DNA of 64,000 bases from an uncultured virus (IMG/VR IMGVR_UViG_3300009183_000073) (IMGVR_UViG_3300009183_000073); one strand, 5' to 3'. Positions 1-10,156 are shown, counted from the first letter of the stretch. The notes: a model not told the origin generated them from the letters alone. Numbers and translations: made by a program.

Positions 1-1176
1 ATTTATTGGTATAGTATTATAAACCAAATCCCAATTTGCACTGTTGGAGCTTACTGTGCTGTAAGTTGCATCCCAATTAGCACTGTTGATATTAACTGTG
101 TTGTAAGTTTCATTGTTAGTTCCAGATTGGTTGTAAACGGAATCCCAATTAGAACTTAGCAAATATACTGTATTAAAAACTGAATCCCAATTAGGACTAC
201 TTGATATTGTAGCATAAGCAGTATCCCAGTTAGCACTGTATGTACTAACTGTATTATATGTTGAATCCCAAGTTTGGGTTCTGACAACAGCATCACTTAT
301 ACAAGTCCAAATTGCAGAATTACTACTTACTGTATTATACAAAGAATCTAATCCACTTAAAATAGCTGAAATAGTTGGTGAATATAAATTTCCCGTTATA
401 TATACATCTTTTGATGCTCGAATATCTTCTTCTGCATAAAAGTCTACATAACTATATACAGAATCAGTTAATATCATGTATACTGGTACTGGATTTACTC
501 CAAAAAATGTTGCAATAATATTGGATTCTCCTGTATAATCATTAATTACTTGTAATGGTTGCGTGATTCCGTCTGCACTAGATATTAAAATAGTTCCAGT
601 GTTTATAGATTTTGAATATAAAGAAATATTATTATTAATTGAAGAAATAATTCCGCTTGTGAAGCTAATATCATTAATACTTGCATTACCACTTATTAAT
701 ACATCTCCTCCTATTGTAGCATTTCCTGCTATTATAGAACTTCCAGATACATTTAAACTTTCATATGTAACTTCCTTACCATAAAGGTTACCACCAACTG
801 ATAAATCGTTAGATATTGTAAATATTGGAGTTTTAGCATAAATTCCATTTCTAAAATCCATAGTCATGGTACGTTCTCCGTATCCAGTTAGGGCACCATC
901 ACTAATAATTGTTTCTGTAGAATCTCCAGAAATGAAATTTGTATATGTTGTCCCTCTTGCGTAGAAATCTTCGCAATACATATTTCCTGCTAAATCAGCA
1001 GAATAAAATTGTATAGTTCCGTTCGTACTTAAACTACCATTTATTACAAAATCTCCCTGAAATGGTTCTTCGTGTGAGGCAATAGGATCAATTGCGCTAT
1101 CTGGATAATCAGCACTCGGAAGCGTGTGATGATTTTTTCTATGTAACTTATCGTGGAATCGTGCATTTCCTGCCAT
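1..1176 (-). CDS. Putative virion/tail-fibre protein with S-A-N-W-D-x-x-Y repeats (runs off the left edge; not in the ORF track)
   Basis: ATG at 1176 gives MAGNARFHDKLHRKNHHTLPS...; near the left edge it reads repeated ~14-aa units (NSANWDATYSTVSSNSANWDLVYNT). TAAATA motif 6 nt before the ATG. Confidence 0.7.
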   Translation of the reverse strand, partial: MAGNARFHDKLHRKNHHTLPSADYPDSAIDPIASHEEPFQGDFVINGSLSTNGTIQFYSADLAGNMYCEDFYARGTTYTNFISGDSTETIISDGALTGYGERTMTMDFRNGIYAKTPIFTISNDLSVGGNLYGKEVTYESLNVSGSSIIAGNATIGGDVLISGNASINDISFTSGIISSINNNISLYSKSINTGTILISSADGITQPLQVINDYTGESNIIATFFGVNPVPVYMILTDSVYSYVDFYAEEDIRASKDVYITGNLYSPTISAILSGLDSLYNTVSSNSAIWTCISDAVVRTQTWDSTYNTVSTYSANWDTAYATISSSPNWDSVFNTVYLLSSNWDSVYNQSGTNNETYNTVNINSANWDATYSTVSSNSANWDLVYNTIPIN

Positions 1177-1182
1177 GTAAAT

Positions 1183-1202
1183 TATTTATTCTACCTTAAA
1201 TA
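1183..1202. promoter_or_regulatory. Back-to-back divergent late-promoter motifs (TAAATA on each strand)
   Basis: TATTTA at 1183-1188 (minus-strand TAAATA, 6 nt before ATG 1176) and TAAATA at 1197-1202 (6 nt before ATG 1209); core of the T4 gp55 late promoter TATAAATA. Confidence 0.7.
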
Positions 1203-1208
1203 ATTACG

Positions 1209-1904
1209 ATGGAAGATTCCTCTTGTAATTTTTGTATAAATGATAAATTTAACCCAAACTATGATATTACATGGTCATTTCAATATAGTATAACGGGTGC
1301 GAATTTTTCTTCGGGCGGATTTTCTACATTTTTATTTAATAATTCTGTATTATCTGGTGGTGGTAGATACTCTGGGTTGGGTTATGATAGATTTCAAACC
1401 GATAAAGGTGTGTATGGAGGTCAACTAGGCATATTATTTTATGGAGATAATACAATTCAAATTAAAAAAGGAACAAATTTCTTAACATTATCTTCACTTC
1501 AACTATTTGATTCTCTTTTTCCTTTAATAAAACCTGAAGAGATTTTTAAAACTATAAGATTTAATTTAACAAATCTGGGACAAATACTTAATATTGATCT
1601 TAAAAACGAAGAAACTAATACATATTACACAGTAGCTTCGATAGAAGTTAATTTAGATATTTCAGACAATGATTTATTTAGAATTGGATTTTCTTATGCA
1701 TCCCCTATCAATTCTGGGGACAAAAAAATACAATTTAAGATAAAAGACATACACATACAGGGAAATCAAAATACTCCTACTACAATTTATAGACCAAAAC
1801 CTTTCTCTATAGAAAGTTATTACTTATTACAATCCCCAGCAAGCGGAAAAATTGTAATAGGAAACCCTTCTCCTTTATCTTCTGGGTATCTATTACATAA
1901 ATAA
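1209..1904 (+). CDS. Hypothetical protein, possibly lectin/ConA-like beta-sandwich virion protein
   Basis: 231 aa, beta-rich; GGFSTFLF...GGRYSGLGY segment resembles legume-lectin-like strands; tail-fibre context. Confidence 0.4.
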   Translation: MEDSSCNFCINDKFNPNYDITWSFQYSITGANFSSGGFSTFLFNNSVLSGGGRYSGLGYDRFQTDKGVYGGQLGILFYGDNTIQIKKGTNFLTLSSLQLFDSLFPLIKPEEIFKTIRFNLTNLGQILNIDLKNEETNTYYTVASIEVNLDISDNDLFRIGFSYASPINSGDKKIQFKIKDIHIQGNQNTPTTIYRPKPFSIESYYLLQSPASGKIVIGNPSPLSSGYLLHK

Positions 1905-1908
1905 GTAT

Positions 1909-3477
1909 ATGGCAGATTTGTTTATTAATAAACTTGATGAATCAATAACAGTAAAATCTAGCGATTTTACTGCATTTGACGTAGCTGATAGTAATACTGG
2001 TAGATATTATACCAAAAAAGTATCTTTTAGTACTCTAAGTAACAGAGTAAGTACAGATGTTGTTAATAATTTACAAACAAAATTAAATTTATTACAAAAT
2101 AATATAAACAATGTTGCTGCTACTATAAGTACAAAATTAGATAAAAGAGGTTTAACTTTTAATATAAACGAAAAAGTTACGGGAATTTTAGTTCTTAATT
2201 CTGGACTTTCTGCTTTAGGTACATCTGATTTTGGAGGAGAAATAAATGTACATAATAATAAAATTACGACATTAGCAGATCCTACAAATAATTACGATGC
2301 AGCACATAAAAAATATGTAGATGATAAAGTTTCTACAATACCATCAGTAAATCCAGATGTTTTTATATTAAAAACTGGTGATGTAATGACTAGTGGATTT
2401 CTAAAACTAGCAAATGATCCAGTAGATCCGATGGAAGCAGCAACAAAAAGATATATTGATAATAAAGCTGCATCATTTTCAAATTATCTTCCAATAAATG
2501 GTGGAACAATGCTCGGAAGCATTAACCTCAATAATAATAAAATAACAAATGTAAAAGATATTGATGGTTCCTCCGCTGATGGAGATGCAGTAAATTACAA
2601 ATATGTAAGAGCAATCAATCCCGCCGCGAAGTTCTTTCCCTTATCTGGAGGATTGATGAATGTTGGTTACATTAATCTAAACGGAAATAGAATTTATAAT
2701 GTACCAGATGTATCCCCATCTACCACTGATACTGATGTAGTTAATAAAAAATATGTAGATTCTAGAATAGCTCCACCAGCTAATAGTCTACCTTTAGCTG
2801 GTGGAACGATGTCTGGAGTTATTAACGTAAACAACAACAAGATAACTAATGTTCCCGACGTTTCTCCCTCATCTTCTGATGGTGATGCAGTTAATAAAAA
2901 GTATGTAGATTCTAAGTCGTCAGCAACTCCTACTGGAGTCCTGTTATTAGCTGGTGGAACGATGTCTGGAGTTATTAACGTAAACAACAACAAGATAACT
3001 AATGTTCCCGACGTTTCACCTTCTTCTTCTGATGGTGACGCAGTTAATAAAAAGTATGTAGATTCTAAAGGAGCTTCTCCATCTACATATATTCCTTTGT
3101 CTGGAGGAGCCTTAACTGGACCTTTAGTTTTAAAAAGTTTTTCTGAAAAGATAGGATCTTCTTCATCTTCTGGATCTCCATCAATATTTAATTTTGATCT
3201 TAATACTGGAAATACATTTACAATAACTGTACCTACTACTATTGCAAGATTTACTACAAGTAATTCTCCTTCAGATTCTTTCAGTATTACTTTAGTGATT
3301 ACACAAAATAGTGCAGCTCCTTATAATGTAACTGCATGGACTATTGATGGAACTGTAATAAAATGGGCTGGTGGAATAGCACCACAATTAACCCAGACAG
3401 TAAATAAAATTGATATTTTTGCTCTTACTAAAATAGGAGCAAATTGGTTTGGTTTTGTTGGAGGTCAAAACTTTTAA
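1909..3477 (+). CDS. Tail fibre-like protein with repeated LPLxGGTMxG...DAVNKKYVD units
   Basis: About six repeats of a ~50-aa unit typical of phage fibres/trimeric adhesin stalks; C-terminal WAGGIAPQLT..KIDIF domain common in fibre tips; TAAATA 5 nt before ATG. Confidence 0.75.
   Translation: MADLFINKLDESITVKSSDFTAFDVADSNTGRYYTKKVSFSTLSNRVSTDVVNNLQTKLNLLQNNINNVAATISTKLDKRGLTFNINEKVTGILVLNSGLSALGTSDFGGEINVHNNKITTLADPTNNYDAAHKKYVDDKVSTIPSVNPDVFILKTGDVMTSGFLKLANDPVDPMEAATKRYIDNKAASFSNYLPINGGTMLGSINLNNNKITNVKDIDGSSADGDAVNYKYVRAINPAAKFFPLSGGLMNVGYINLNGNRIYNVPDVSPSTTDTDVVNKKYVDSRIAPPANSLPLAGGTMSGVINVNNNKITNVPDVSPSSSDGDAVNKKYVDSKSSATPTGVLLLAGGTMSGVINVNNNKITNVPDVSPSSSDGDAVNKKYVDSKGASPSTYIPLSGGALTGPLVLKSFSEKIGSSSSSGSPSIFNFDLNTGNTFTITVPTTIARFTTSNSPSDSFSITLVITQNSAAPYNVTAWTIDGTVIKWAGGIAPQLTQTVNKIDIFALTKIGANWFGFVGGQNF
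2794..3068 (+). repeat. Near-identical ~120-bp direct repeat with 153-bp period inside the fibre gene
   Basis: ttagctggtggaacgatgtctggagttattaacgtaaacaacaacaagataactaatgttcccgacgtttc... at 2794 and 2947, ending gattctaa at 2915 and 3068; only a few synonymous differences. Confidence 0.9.
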
Positions 3478-3480
3478 TTT

Positions 3481-6339
3481 ATGCCATTAGGAATTGCTTT
3501 AAATGCTATTAGATCCCTTAAGAGTTCCTTACAAGGATTCGTTTCTATTTTGGGAGGATATCTTGGATATTCTGATCTTCCTTTAAGAACGGGAGGATTA
3601 TTGATTTCATCAAATTATGATATAGATTCTAATAATAATATATACTTCTCGCCAGATGATGGAAAAATTTATAAAATATTTTCAGATACAAAAGAAATTA
3701 TACCATATTTTAATGTTGGTTCTGTTGTAAAAATAATAATAAAAAATGACGATTTATTTTTTTTGGGGAACAATGTATCCAGTTATAGTATAAAAAAAAT
3801 ATCAAACGGAATATTAAGTACTATAGGAACAATAGCGAGTAGTAGAACAATAGTTGTTAGTGATTTTGTGATAGATTCTACGGGAAATTTTTTCGTAACT
3901 TTTTATGAAAATAGTCTTGGAAATCTTGGACAAACAGACACACACTGTGTGTATAAAGTATATGGAGATAAAAGTAAATTACCAGAAATTTTTATAGGTG
4001 GTAATGTAGGTTTCAACGATTATAATCCTATTACATCTCCTATATATAGTGGAAGTGACTATACTAGATTTACTAACCCAACCAAAATTCAAATAGATTC
4101 ATCTGATAATTTATATGTATATGATAGTGGAAACGGATATATAAAAAAAATAACTCCAAATAAAATTTTAACAAGACATCTTCAATTAAGGGCAGAGTCT
4201 ATAATAGGATATACTATAGATTCTAATGATTATTTATATGTTATAAATCGTAATGCATCATATGAAAATTTTCTAACAATAGACACAAAAACTCCCGCTA
4301 GATCTAATACTCTATTTAATAGATCATACAATAAAACTAATTCTAGTAGTAATATAAATCCCATATATTCTGATAGTACGCCTTTAAAATCTCGTGGATT
4401 TGTTCAATCTTTTAATATTTTAAAAGACGGTAACGCATATTTTACCGAAGATATAGGAGTATCTACTTACCAAAAATGTTTAGTAAAATTTAATTTTAAT
4501 GATTATATTACTAATAATATATTTAATAGCGAAAAAATATTTTTTAATCCTGTAAATTCACCGTCAAATACTAAAAAATATGCAACTGGATTATCAACTG
4601 GATTAGTAAAAGGATTATGTTTTAATTCTAATAATGATTTATTTTTTTCAGACGAAAGTACGCATACGATAAGAAAAATTTCATCTGATAATTCTAAAGT
4701 TATTCCTATAGGTGGATTTGTTGGATTATCTGGATTAAATGATGGTATTATTGGAAAAAGAGGATTTATAGAATCTAATTCTTATAATACAATATTTTGG
4801 AATAATAATTCTTTATTAGTATCTAGTAGAGGTACATCCGCAGGTCTTACTCCTATAGGAATAAAAAGCATTTCATTTACAAACAATACTATTAATACAA
4901 TATATAAAACTATTCCTGCTCCCACATGTATAGTTAAAGATACCTCTGGAAATTTATTTATTTTAACTATTTCATCAGGTATATTTAAAGTAGATACTTT
5001 AGGAAATATAACCACATTTTCTAATGTGGTAGGACATAGAATGGTTATAGATAGTTCTAATAATTTATTTGTATATAATTACCTTGGAGGGACTATAGTA
5101 TTTGAAATATATAAAATATCTTCTGCTGGAGTGTCTACTACATTTAAAACTAGAACACAAATTACAAGTCTAATGATGCAGGGTGTACAAGGTATGTGTA
5201 TAGATTCTGTAAATAACATTTATATGTCTGATGGTAGTACAGTTTTAAAACTTACTTCTTCTGGTGTTGATAGCATTATTTATGGCCCTGTAGGGCTTGC
5301 TAATGGAAGAGGTATGTGTATAGATCCTTCTGATAATATATACGTATGTGATTATAATAGTAAATGTATAGTTAAAATACTGCCAAATAAAACTGGTAGT
5401 ATTTATGCTGGTAGTCCTGATTGGCAAAATCCTTCGGAATTAGCATACGATCCTAATGCTAATGAAATTTATATATTAGGTACTAATGAAATCAGAAAAG
5501 TAACTTTAAATACTAAAACGGTAACTAAACTTTATAGTGATCTAGGAAGATTACCTTACCAGATATATAATACAACTGACGGATTGCTTAATACTTCTGT
5601 ATATAATACTCCAAGAGGGCTTTGTATAGATTCTACTGGAAATACTTATGTATGTGATTATGGTAATAATAAAATAAGAAAGATAACTCCACAAGGAGTA
5701 ACATCTACTGTTGCATCTATTTCTTATCCAATTGCAATAACAATTGATTCATCAAGAAATTTATTTGTGACTAGATCAAATCGTACATATTCTGGAGTAA
5801 AAACTAATATATTTGCTGTTATATATAAAGTAGTTCCATCTACTGGAGTGGTTAGTGTTTTTGCTGGCATCGAAGGCGGTTATATATCTCCTGATAATCC
5901 ACCTATAGATGGTACTGGTATTGGCGCTAAATTTTCAGACCCTTCTTGTATATGTATAGATTATAATGATAATCTATATGTAGGAGATGAATACTCTATA
6001 AGAAAAATTACTCCCGCTGGAGTTGTTACTAGATTAGCGGGCGATATGATAAATCAAGGGGATGTTGATGGAATACCATCAAAGCTTGGTAATATCACTG
6101 GATTAGTTTATCACCCATCTGATAAACTATACTTTATAGATAAAACATACGGAAAAATTAAAGTTATAGACTTAAGTACAAATGCTGTAGCTACTTTAGC
6201 TGGTAGTATTAATTACACAACTACAGAAGGAAAAGGAAAAGTTGCTTATTTATCAGCTCCATTAGCAATAGCTCTTAATACACAAAACGAACTTATAATT
6301 ACTACTTCTGATTATAGATTTGTAAAATACTCAATTTAA
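3481..6339 (+). CDS. NHL-repeat beta-propeller protein (probable virion/receptor-binding)
   Basis: Repeated P-x-G-[LM]-C-I-D-x-x-[GD]N-x-Y-V-x-D-x-x-N-x-x-I-R-K-I motifs (e.g. PRGLCIDSTGNTYVCDYGNNKIRKITPQG). Confidence 0.8.
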   Translation: MPLGIALNAIRSLKSSLQGFVSILGGYLGYSDLPLRTGGLLISSNYDIDSNNNIYFSPDDGKIYKIFSDTKEIIPYFNVGSVVKIIIKNDDLFFLGNNVSSYSIKKISNGILSTIGTIASSRTIVVSDFVIDSTGNFFVTFYENSLGNLGQTDTHCVYKVYGDKSKLPEIFIGGNVGFNDYNPITSPIYSGSDYTRFTNPTKIQIDSSDNLYVYDSGNGYIKKITPNKILTRHLQLRAESIIGYTIDSNDYLYVINRNASYENFLTIDTKTPARSNTLFNRSYNKTNSSSNINPIYSDSTPLKSRGFVQSFNILKDGNAYFTEDIGVSTYQKCLVKFNFNDYITNNIFNSEKIFFNPVNSPSNTKKYATGLSTGLVKGLCFNSNNDLFFSDESTHTIRKISSDNSKVIPIGGFVGLSGLNDGIIGKRGFIESNSYNTIFWNNNSLLVSSRGTSAGLTPIGIKSISFTNNTINTIYKTIPAPTCIVKDTSGNLFILTISSGIFKVDTLGNITTFSNVVGHRMVIDSSNNLFVYNYLGGTIVFEIYKISSAGVSTTFKTRTQITSLMMQGVQGMCIDSVNNIYMSDGSTVLKLTSSGVDSIIYGPVGLANGRGMCIDPSDNIYVCDYNSKCIVKILPNKTGSIYAGSPDWQNPSELAYDPNANEIYILGTNEIRKVTLNTKTVTKLYSDLGRLPYQIYNTTDGLLNTSVYNTPRGLCIDSTGNTYVCDYGNNKIRKITPQGVTSTVASISYPIAITIDSSRNLFVTRSNRTYSGVKTNIFAVIYKVVPSTGVVSVFAGIEGGYISPDNPPIDGTGIGAKFSDPSCICIDYNDNLYVGDEYSIRKITPAGVVTRLAGDMINQGDVDGIPSKLGNITGLVYHPSDKLYFIDKTYGKIKVIDLSTNAVATLAGSINYTTTEGKGKVAYLSAPLAIALNTQNELIITTSDYRFVKYSI

Positions 6340-6573
6340 ATATTCTTCCACCTTAAAATCATGATTCATACTATGGAATCTTTGCTTAATATATTTCTGA
6401 AAAGCTAAAGGCTTTATCCACGAATCAGTCTTTTCTAAATCAACTTTAGATTTTTTTGCTTGAATATTAACGTGTTGTAATGCTTCCACCAAGCATAGCC
6501 ATCTAGAGTATGTATCTACTGACATTATATGTTCTTGGTTCGATTTAGTTGTAACTGATACGCTTTTTATCAT
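6331..6573 (-). CDS. Hypothetical protein
   Basis: 80-aa ORF in a tight overlapping minus-strand run. Confidence 0.55.
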   Translation of the reverse strand: MIKSVSVTTKSNQEHIMSVDTYSRWLCLVEALQHVNIQAKKSKVDLEKTDSWIKPLAFQKYIKQRFHSMNHDFKVEEYLN

Positions 6574-6968
6574 AAGAAATTTTTGCTTATAAAGCTAACC
6601 ATCAATGCACTCATTTCATTAGAAGAAATATTAATATTATTGATTAATAGATTATCTAATGCTAGAAAAATTATATCAATATTTTTTCTTATTAAGATAT
6701 TTTTACTATTATCTTCTCTAAATTTATTTGTATAAAAATCTCTTACAATTGATAAGAAAGATCTTAATACCTCATTACCAGAAGTACTGTTATATCTAGA
6801 TAAAGATGCTATATCATAAGGCTTTAACAAAGTTTTATCTTTTGTTATAACAAAAACTTTTAAATCATTTTTTAATGATTCTAAATCCATTTCATTTTTA
6901 AGAGGATCTGTTAAGCTAGATGAAACTAGTCTAGCATTTTTTAATTCTTCCGAAAGAAAGTCATCCAT
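6570..6968 (-). CDS. Hypothetical protein
   Basis: 132-aa ORF, ATGA-type overlap with the downstream gene. Confidence 0.6.
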   Translation of the reverse strand: MDDFLSEELKNARLVSSSLTDPLKNEMDLESLKNDLKVFVITKDKTLLKPYDIASLSRYNSTSGNEVLRSFLSIVRDFYTNKFREDNSKNILIRKNIDIIFLALDNLLINNINISSNEMSALMVSFISKNFL

Positions 6969-6969
6969 A

Positions 6970-7389
6970 CTATTTTAAATCTTGTATCTTATTATAAGCT
7001 TCTACGAAAGCGGCATCAGCCTTTTCTAAATCAATTGTTTCTGTTTGTAAAAACGCTCTGGCACTAATATCTACACTGAAATCCTTTTTACATTCTATAC
7101 AATTGAATGTATTTAGACCGTTCAATTCTAAAGGTAGAAGCATCTTTTTTTCCATATAACAAGGACAAGCTATCTCCATTCCTTGTTTAGAATATTCTTT
7201 TATTCTTTCGTTTTTAATTCGTTCAGCTAAAAGAAACAATATGGCTTTATATATATTATAAGCAATGAATTGAACAACAGAAAAAATGAAAAAATATTTC
7301 GCAAAAGAAATATAATCAGTACAAAATATTAGAGAAAATAGAGTACTTAATAATACTAGTTGCAGAATTGATCTTAATAAAACTTTCAT
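6970..7389 (-). CDS. Hypothetical membrane protein with a possible zinc ribbon
   Basis: Two N-terminal hydrophobic segments followed by CPC...CIEC. Confidence 0.6.
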   Translation of the reverse strand: MKVLLRSILQLVLLSTLFSLIFCTDYISFAKYFFIFSVVQFIAYNIYKAILFLLAERIKNERIKEYSKQGMEIACPCYMEKKMLLPLELNGLNTFNCIECKKDFSVDISARAFLQTETIDLEKADAAFVEAYNKIQDLK

Positions 7390-7417
7390 GATACATCATA
7401 GTGTATCATAACAAGAT

Positions 7418-7783
7418 TTACTTATCAACTGAAAATAAACTTAAAAAATCAGGAACCTGTAATAATTTACTATTTATATTATCAAGTACATTAACTGTTT
7501 TATCTAATGCTACCTTCTGGGATTCTTTAACTGATGGATTTTCTTTGCAAGACTCGAATCCTCCTCTAAGAATTACTAATTTTTCAAAAATATCAAATAA
7601 TTGCTGCTTATATCTGGCTATTTCGTGTGGAAGATTAAAATTTGTGTTCTGATCTCCAAAAGATTGTTTAAGTGGTATAGCCATTTGAACAAATGGATCG
7701 TCTTTTGCTCCTCCCCCGACCCCAGAAACATTTCTCTGAGCGTCCAACATCGTATTTTGTTCTCTTAAATTTTTTCTTTTCAC
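7418..7783 (-). CDS. Hypothetical late protein
   Basis: GTG start 6 nt after a TAAATA motif (7790-7795); N-terminus KRKNLRE-Q. Confidence 0.6.
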   Translation of the reverse strand: MKRKNLREQNTMLDAQRNVSGVGGGAKDDPFVQMAIPLKQSFGDQNTNFNLPHEIARYKQQLFDIFEKLVILRGGFESCKENPSVKESQKVALDKTVNVLDNINSKLLQVPDFLSLFSVDK

Positions 7784-7817
7784 TACAATTATTTACTCTA
7801 ATTAGATAAATAATCAC

Positions 7818-8237
7818 ATGAGTAATCTATTTAAGAAAGCATTCGTTCATGTTTTACGCGAGGCACCAGTAGAAGTTTCAGATGCTGCTGCAATGGAACA
7901 AACCTTGGACCAAGGAACTGATCCAAATGATTTTAATACAGACGCTAATGCCGCAGCCGATCATATGATGGCTACTACGAAGATACAAAATCAAATGGTA
8001 GGCTCCCTCCAGCAATGGATCGGAGAACTAGAAAGAATAGCAGATTTTTTAAATGGAACTGGAAACAATTCAGTTCAATCACAATTAAAAAATTGTGTTC
8101 CCGATACATTATTCGATAAGATTCGTGTAGCAGAAACCAAGAAGATTGCTCGTGTTTCTATGGAAATTACATCCTTAAACGAAATGTTAAAAGGATATTT
8201 AGCAAGCAGCTTTGACAGCAAATATAGGGGTGTGTAG
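7818..8237 (+). CDS. Hypothetical late protein, candidate internal head protein
   Basis: TAAATA at 7807-7812, 5 nt before ATG; N-terminus MSNLFKKAFVHVLRE-A. Confidence 0.65.
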   Translation: MSNLFKKAFVHVLREAPVEVSDAAAMEQTLDQGTDPNDFNTDANAAADHMMATTKIQNQMVGSLQQWIGELERIADFLNGTGNNSVQSQLKNCVPDTLFDKIRVAETKKIARVSMEITSLNEMLKGYLASSFDSKYRGV

Positions 8238-8312
8238 TTATATTTCGCGTCTTTCCTAATTTATTTATACTTTGCATCTTCTTTTTTAGAGATCGAAGTA
8301 TAAATAAATTAT

Positions 8313-9170
8313 ATGGACAATATAACTATAATTTATAATTCAAAACATCTAAATCTAAAAAATAAAGAACATATTATTATATCAAAATATAATAATGGAC
8401 ATGGAATTAAAACATTAGCAATTGAATTTTCGGTATCTCAAAATGCTATAAAAAATTTTTTACTTAAAAATGAAATTCCTATAAGGAATCCAAAAGAAGC
8501 TAGAAATACTAATATCTATAATGAAGGATATGGGAGAAATAAGGCAAAAATAAAAGATCAATCTATAATAAATTCTATTATAGAACAGTATAAAAACGGC
8601 GGAAGTTGTGTAGAAATGGGATCAAAATATAATGTAAGCCATAGAACTATTTTGAATATTCTTAGAAAGAATAACATAAAAATTAGATCTAATACTGAGG
8701 CACAAAATCATTCCTATACAAAACAAAGAGTTGTTGATGGTAATATCAAAAAATTCGGAGTCTCAAATGCTATGCAACATCCAGAGGTATTTGAAAGATC
8801 TAATTTAAATAGATATAAATATAAAACTTGCATTATAAATGAAGTTATATTTGATAGATTGCAAGGGTTTGAAGAACAAGGAATTAGATATTTATTAGAA
8901 AAATATACAAACATTACAATACATGACATCAAAGCTGGTAGATGCCAAGATCTACCCAGAATAAAATATCATTATGATGTAGACAGAATATATTTTCCTG
9001 ACATTTATATCCCAAAAATAAATCTTTTAGTAGAAATTAAATGCGAATATACATTTAAAGATAATATTAAAATGAATTTGGCTAAACAAAAATCTTCTCT
9101 CGAATCTGGATATAATCATCTTATTATAATTTTTTCAAACGATGGAAAAACACATTTGTATAACGTATAA
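8313..9170 (+). CDS. Free-standing PD-(D/E)XK-type homing endonuclease with N-terminal HTH repeats
   Basis: C-terminal YFPDIYIPKINLLVEIK motif; two HTH-like segments (IKTLAIEFSVSQNAI; MGSKYNVSHRTILNIL); converges on primase; full TATAAATA plus upstream hairpin. Confidence 0.7.
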   Translation: MDNITIIYNSKHLNLKNKEHIIISKYNNGHGIKTLAIEFSVSQNAIKNFLLKNEIPIRNPKEARNTNIYNEGYGRNKAKIKDQSIINSIIEQYKNGGSCVEMGSKYNVSHRTILNILRKNNIKIRSNTEAQNHSYTKQRVVDGNIKKFGVSNAMQHPEVFERSNLNRYKYKTCIINEVIFDRLQGFEEQGIRYLLEKYTNITIHDIKAGRCQDLPRIKYHYDVDRIYFPDIYIPKINLLVEIKCEYTFKDNIKMNLAKQKSSLESGYNHLIIIFSNDGKTHLYNV

Positions 9171-9172
9171 TA

Positions 9173-10156
9173 CTATTTCGTATACTTTTTAATAAAATCT
9201 GGTGATATATGGTCGTCTTTTACAGCGATCATAATATCATTGAAATCTTTAAACTTAAACATTTCAGTAGGCCAAAGAAAGACTTTCTCTTTTATTTTAA
9301 GCAGCTTTTTACTTTTGTTTAAAGCTGCTTTATCTTTCCATTGTGAATCTAATACCCAGATTCTTTTATGAAAAGGGAACTTATTAATTTGTTCCTGTTG
9401 CCTAACAGTAAAAAGTTGGTATGAATTCTCTTGAATACCTCCGATAGCTACTCCATTTTTTACGAAACAAGAATTAAAAGGTCCTTCGAAGATGAAAATA
9501 GTATCATAGTTATGATCTATTTTATCAATATTAAAAATAGTTTTATCACTATTTACTTTTGACAAATATCGAGGCTTAGTAAGCTCATCAACCTCTAAAA
9601 TAGTTCTGGATTGATAATGAACTATCTTACCATTTTCATCATAAAATGGTATAACTATTCTATTTTTATGAACCTTATCGTTCAAAGATATATAAAAACT
9701 ATTTGGCCTATTAATAGCAGATAATAACCTTCTTCTGTTTAAGAAAGATAAAGCCTTTTGTACTATTGTATTATTACTATAATACTTTAATTGGTTCTGA
9801 TCCGTAAGATTTATACAATCTTTAGGTAGAGTATCTGCTATATATTTTGGCTTATTATCTTCCTCTACAAAAGAAAAATCTGTAGAATATCCAGAAACTT
9901 CTTCCAAAATTTCTTGGATAGATATACTACAGATCTCAGATACCCACTTCATTGTGGATTTGCTATATCCACAATTATGACAAAATACTAAACTTTTTTC
10001 TGGTATAAAATAGAATCTCTTCTTCCTAAGCCAACTATTTCCTTCTCTGCACATTGGGCAAGACCCCTGATAAGTATTATTATACTTATTCTTAAATGGG
10101 CCTCCAACAAACTGGTAAAATTTATTTACCACATAGTCTTCTGGAAGGGATTTCAC
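9173..10156 (-). CDS. gp61: DNA primase (T4 gp61-like)
   Basis: Zinc finger CPMC...FCHNCG, RIVIPF, TOPRIM FIFEGPFNS, KDFND. Confidence 0.9.
   Translation of the reverse strand: MKSLPEDYVVNKFYQFVGGPFKNKYNNTYQGSCPMCREGNSWLRKKRFYFIPEKSLVFCHNCGYSKSTMKWVSEICSISIQEILEEVSGYSTDFSFVEEDNKPKYIADTLPKDCINLTDQNQLKYYSNNTIVQKALSFLNRRRLLSAINRPNSFYISLNDKVHKNRIVIPFYDENGKIVHYQSRTILEVDELTKPRYLSKVNSDKTIFNIDKIDHNYDTIFIFEGPFNSCFVKNGVAIGGIQENSYQLFTVRQQEQINKFPFHKRIWVLDSQWKDKAALNKSKKLLKIKEKVFLWPTEMFKFKDFNDIMIAVKDDHISPDFIKKYTK

Noticed and set aside
563..784. Plus-strand 73-aa ORF and the many similar short ORFs antisense to long genes (e.g. 2694-2993, 16467-16787, 19526-19849, 48579-48926, 58417-59835)
   Set aside because: Shadow frames of well-supported genes on the other strand; no promoter motif or recognisable domain.
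2794..3068. Template/variable repeat pair of a diversity-generating retroelement
   Set aside because: Copies are adjacent and in frame, differences are synonymous and not adenine-specific, and no reverse transcriptase is in the window.
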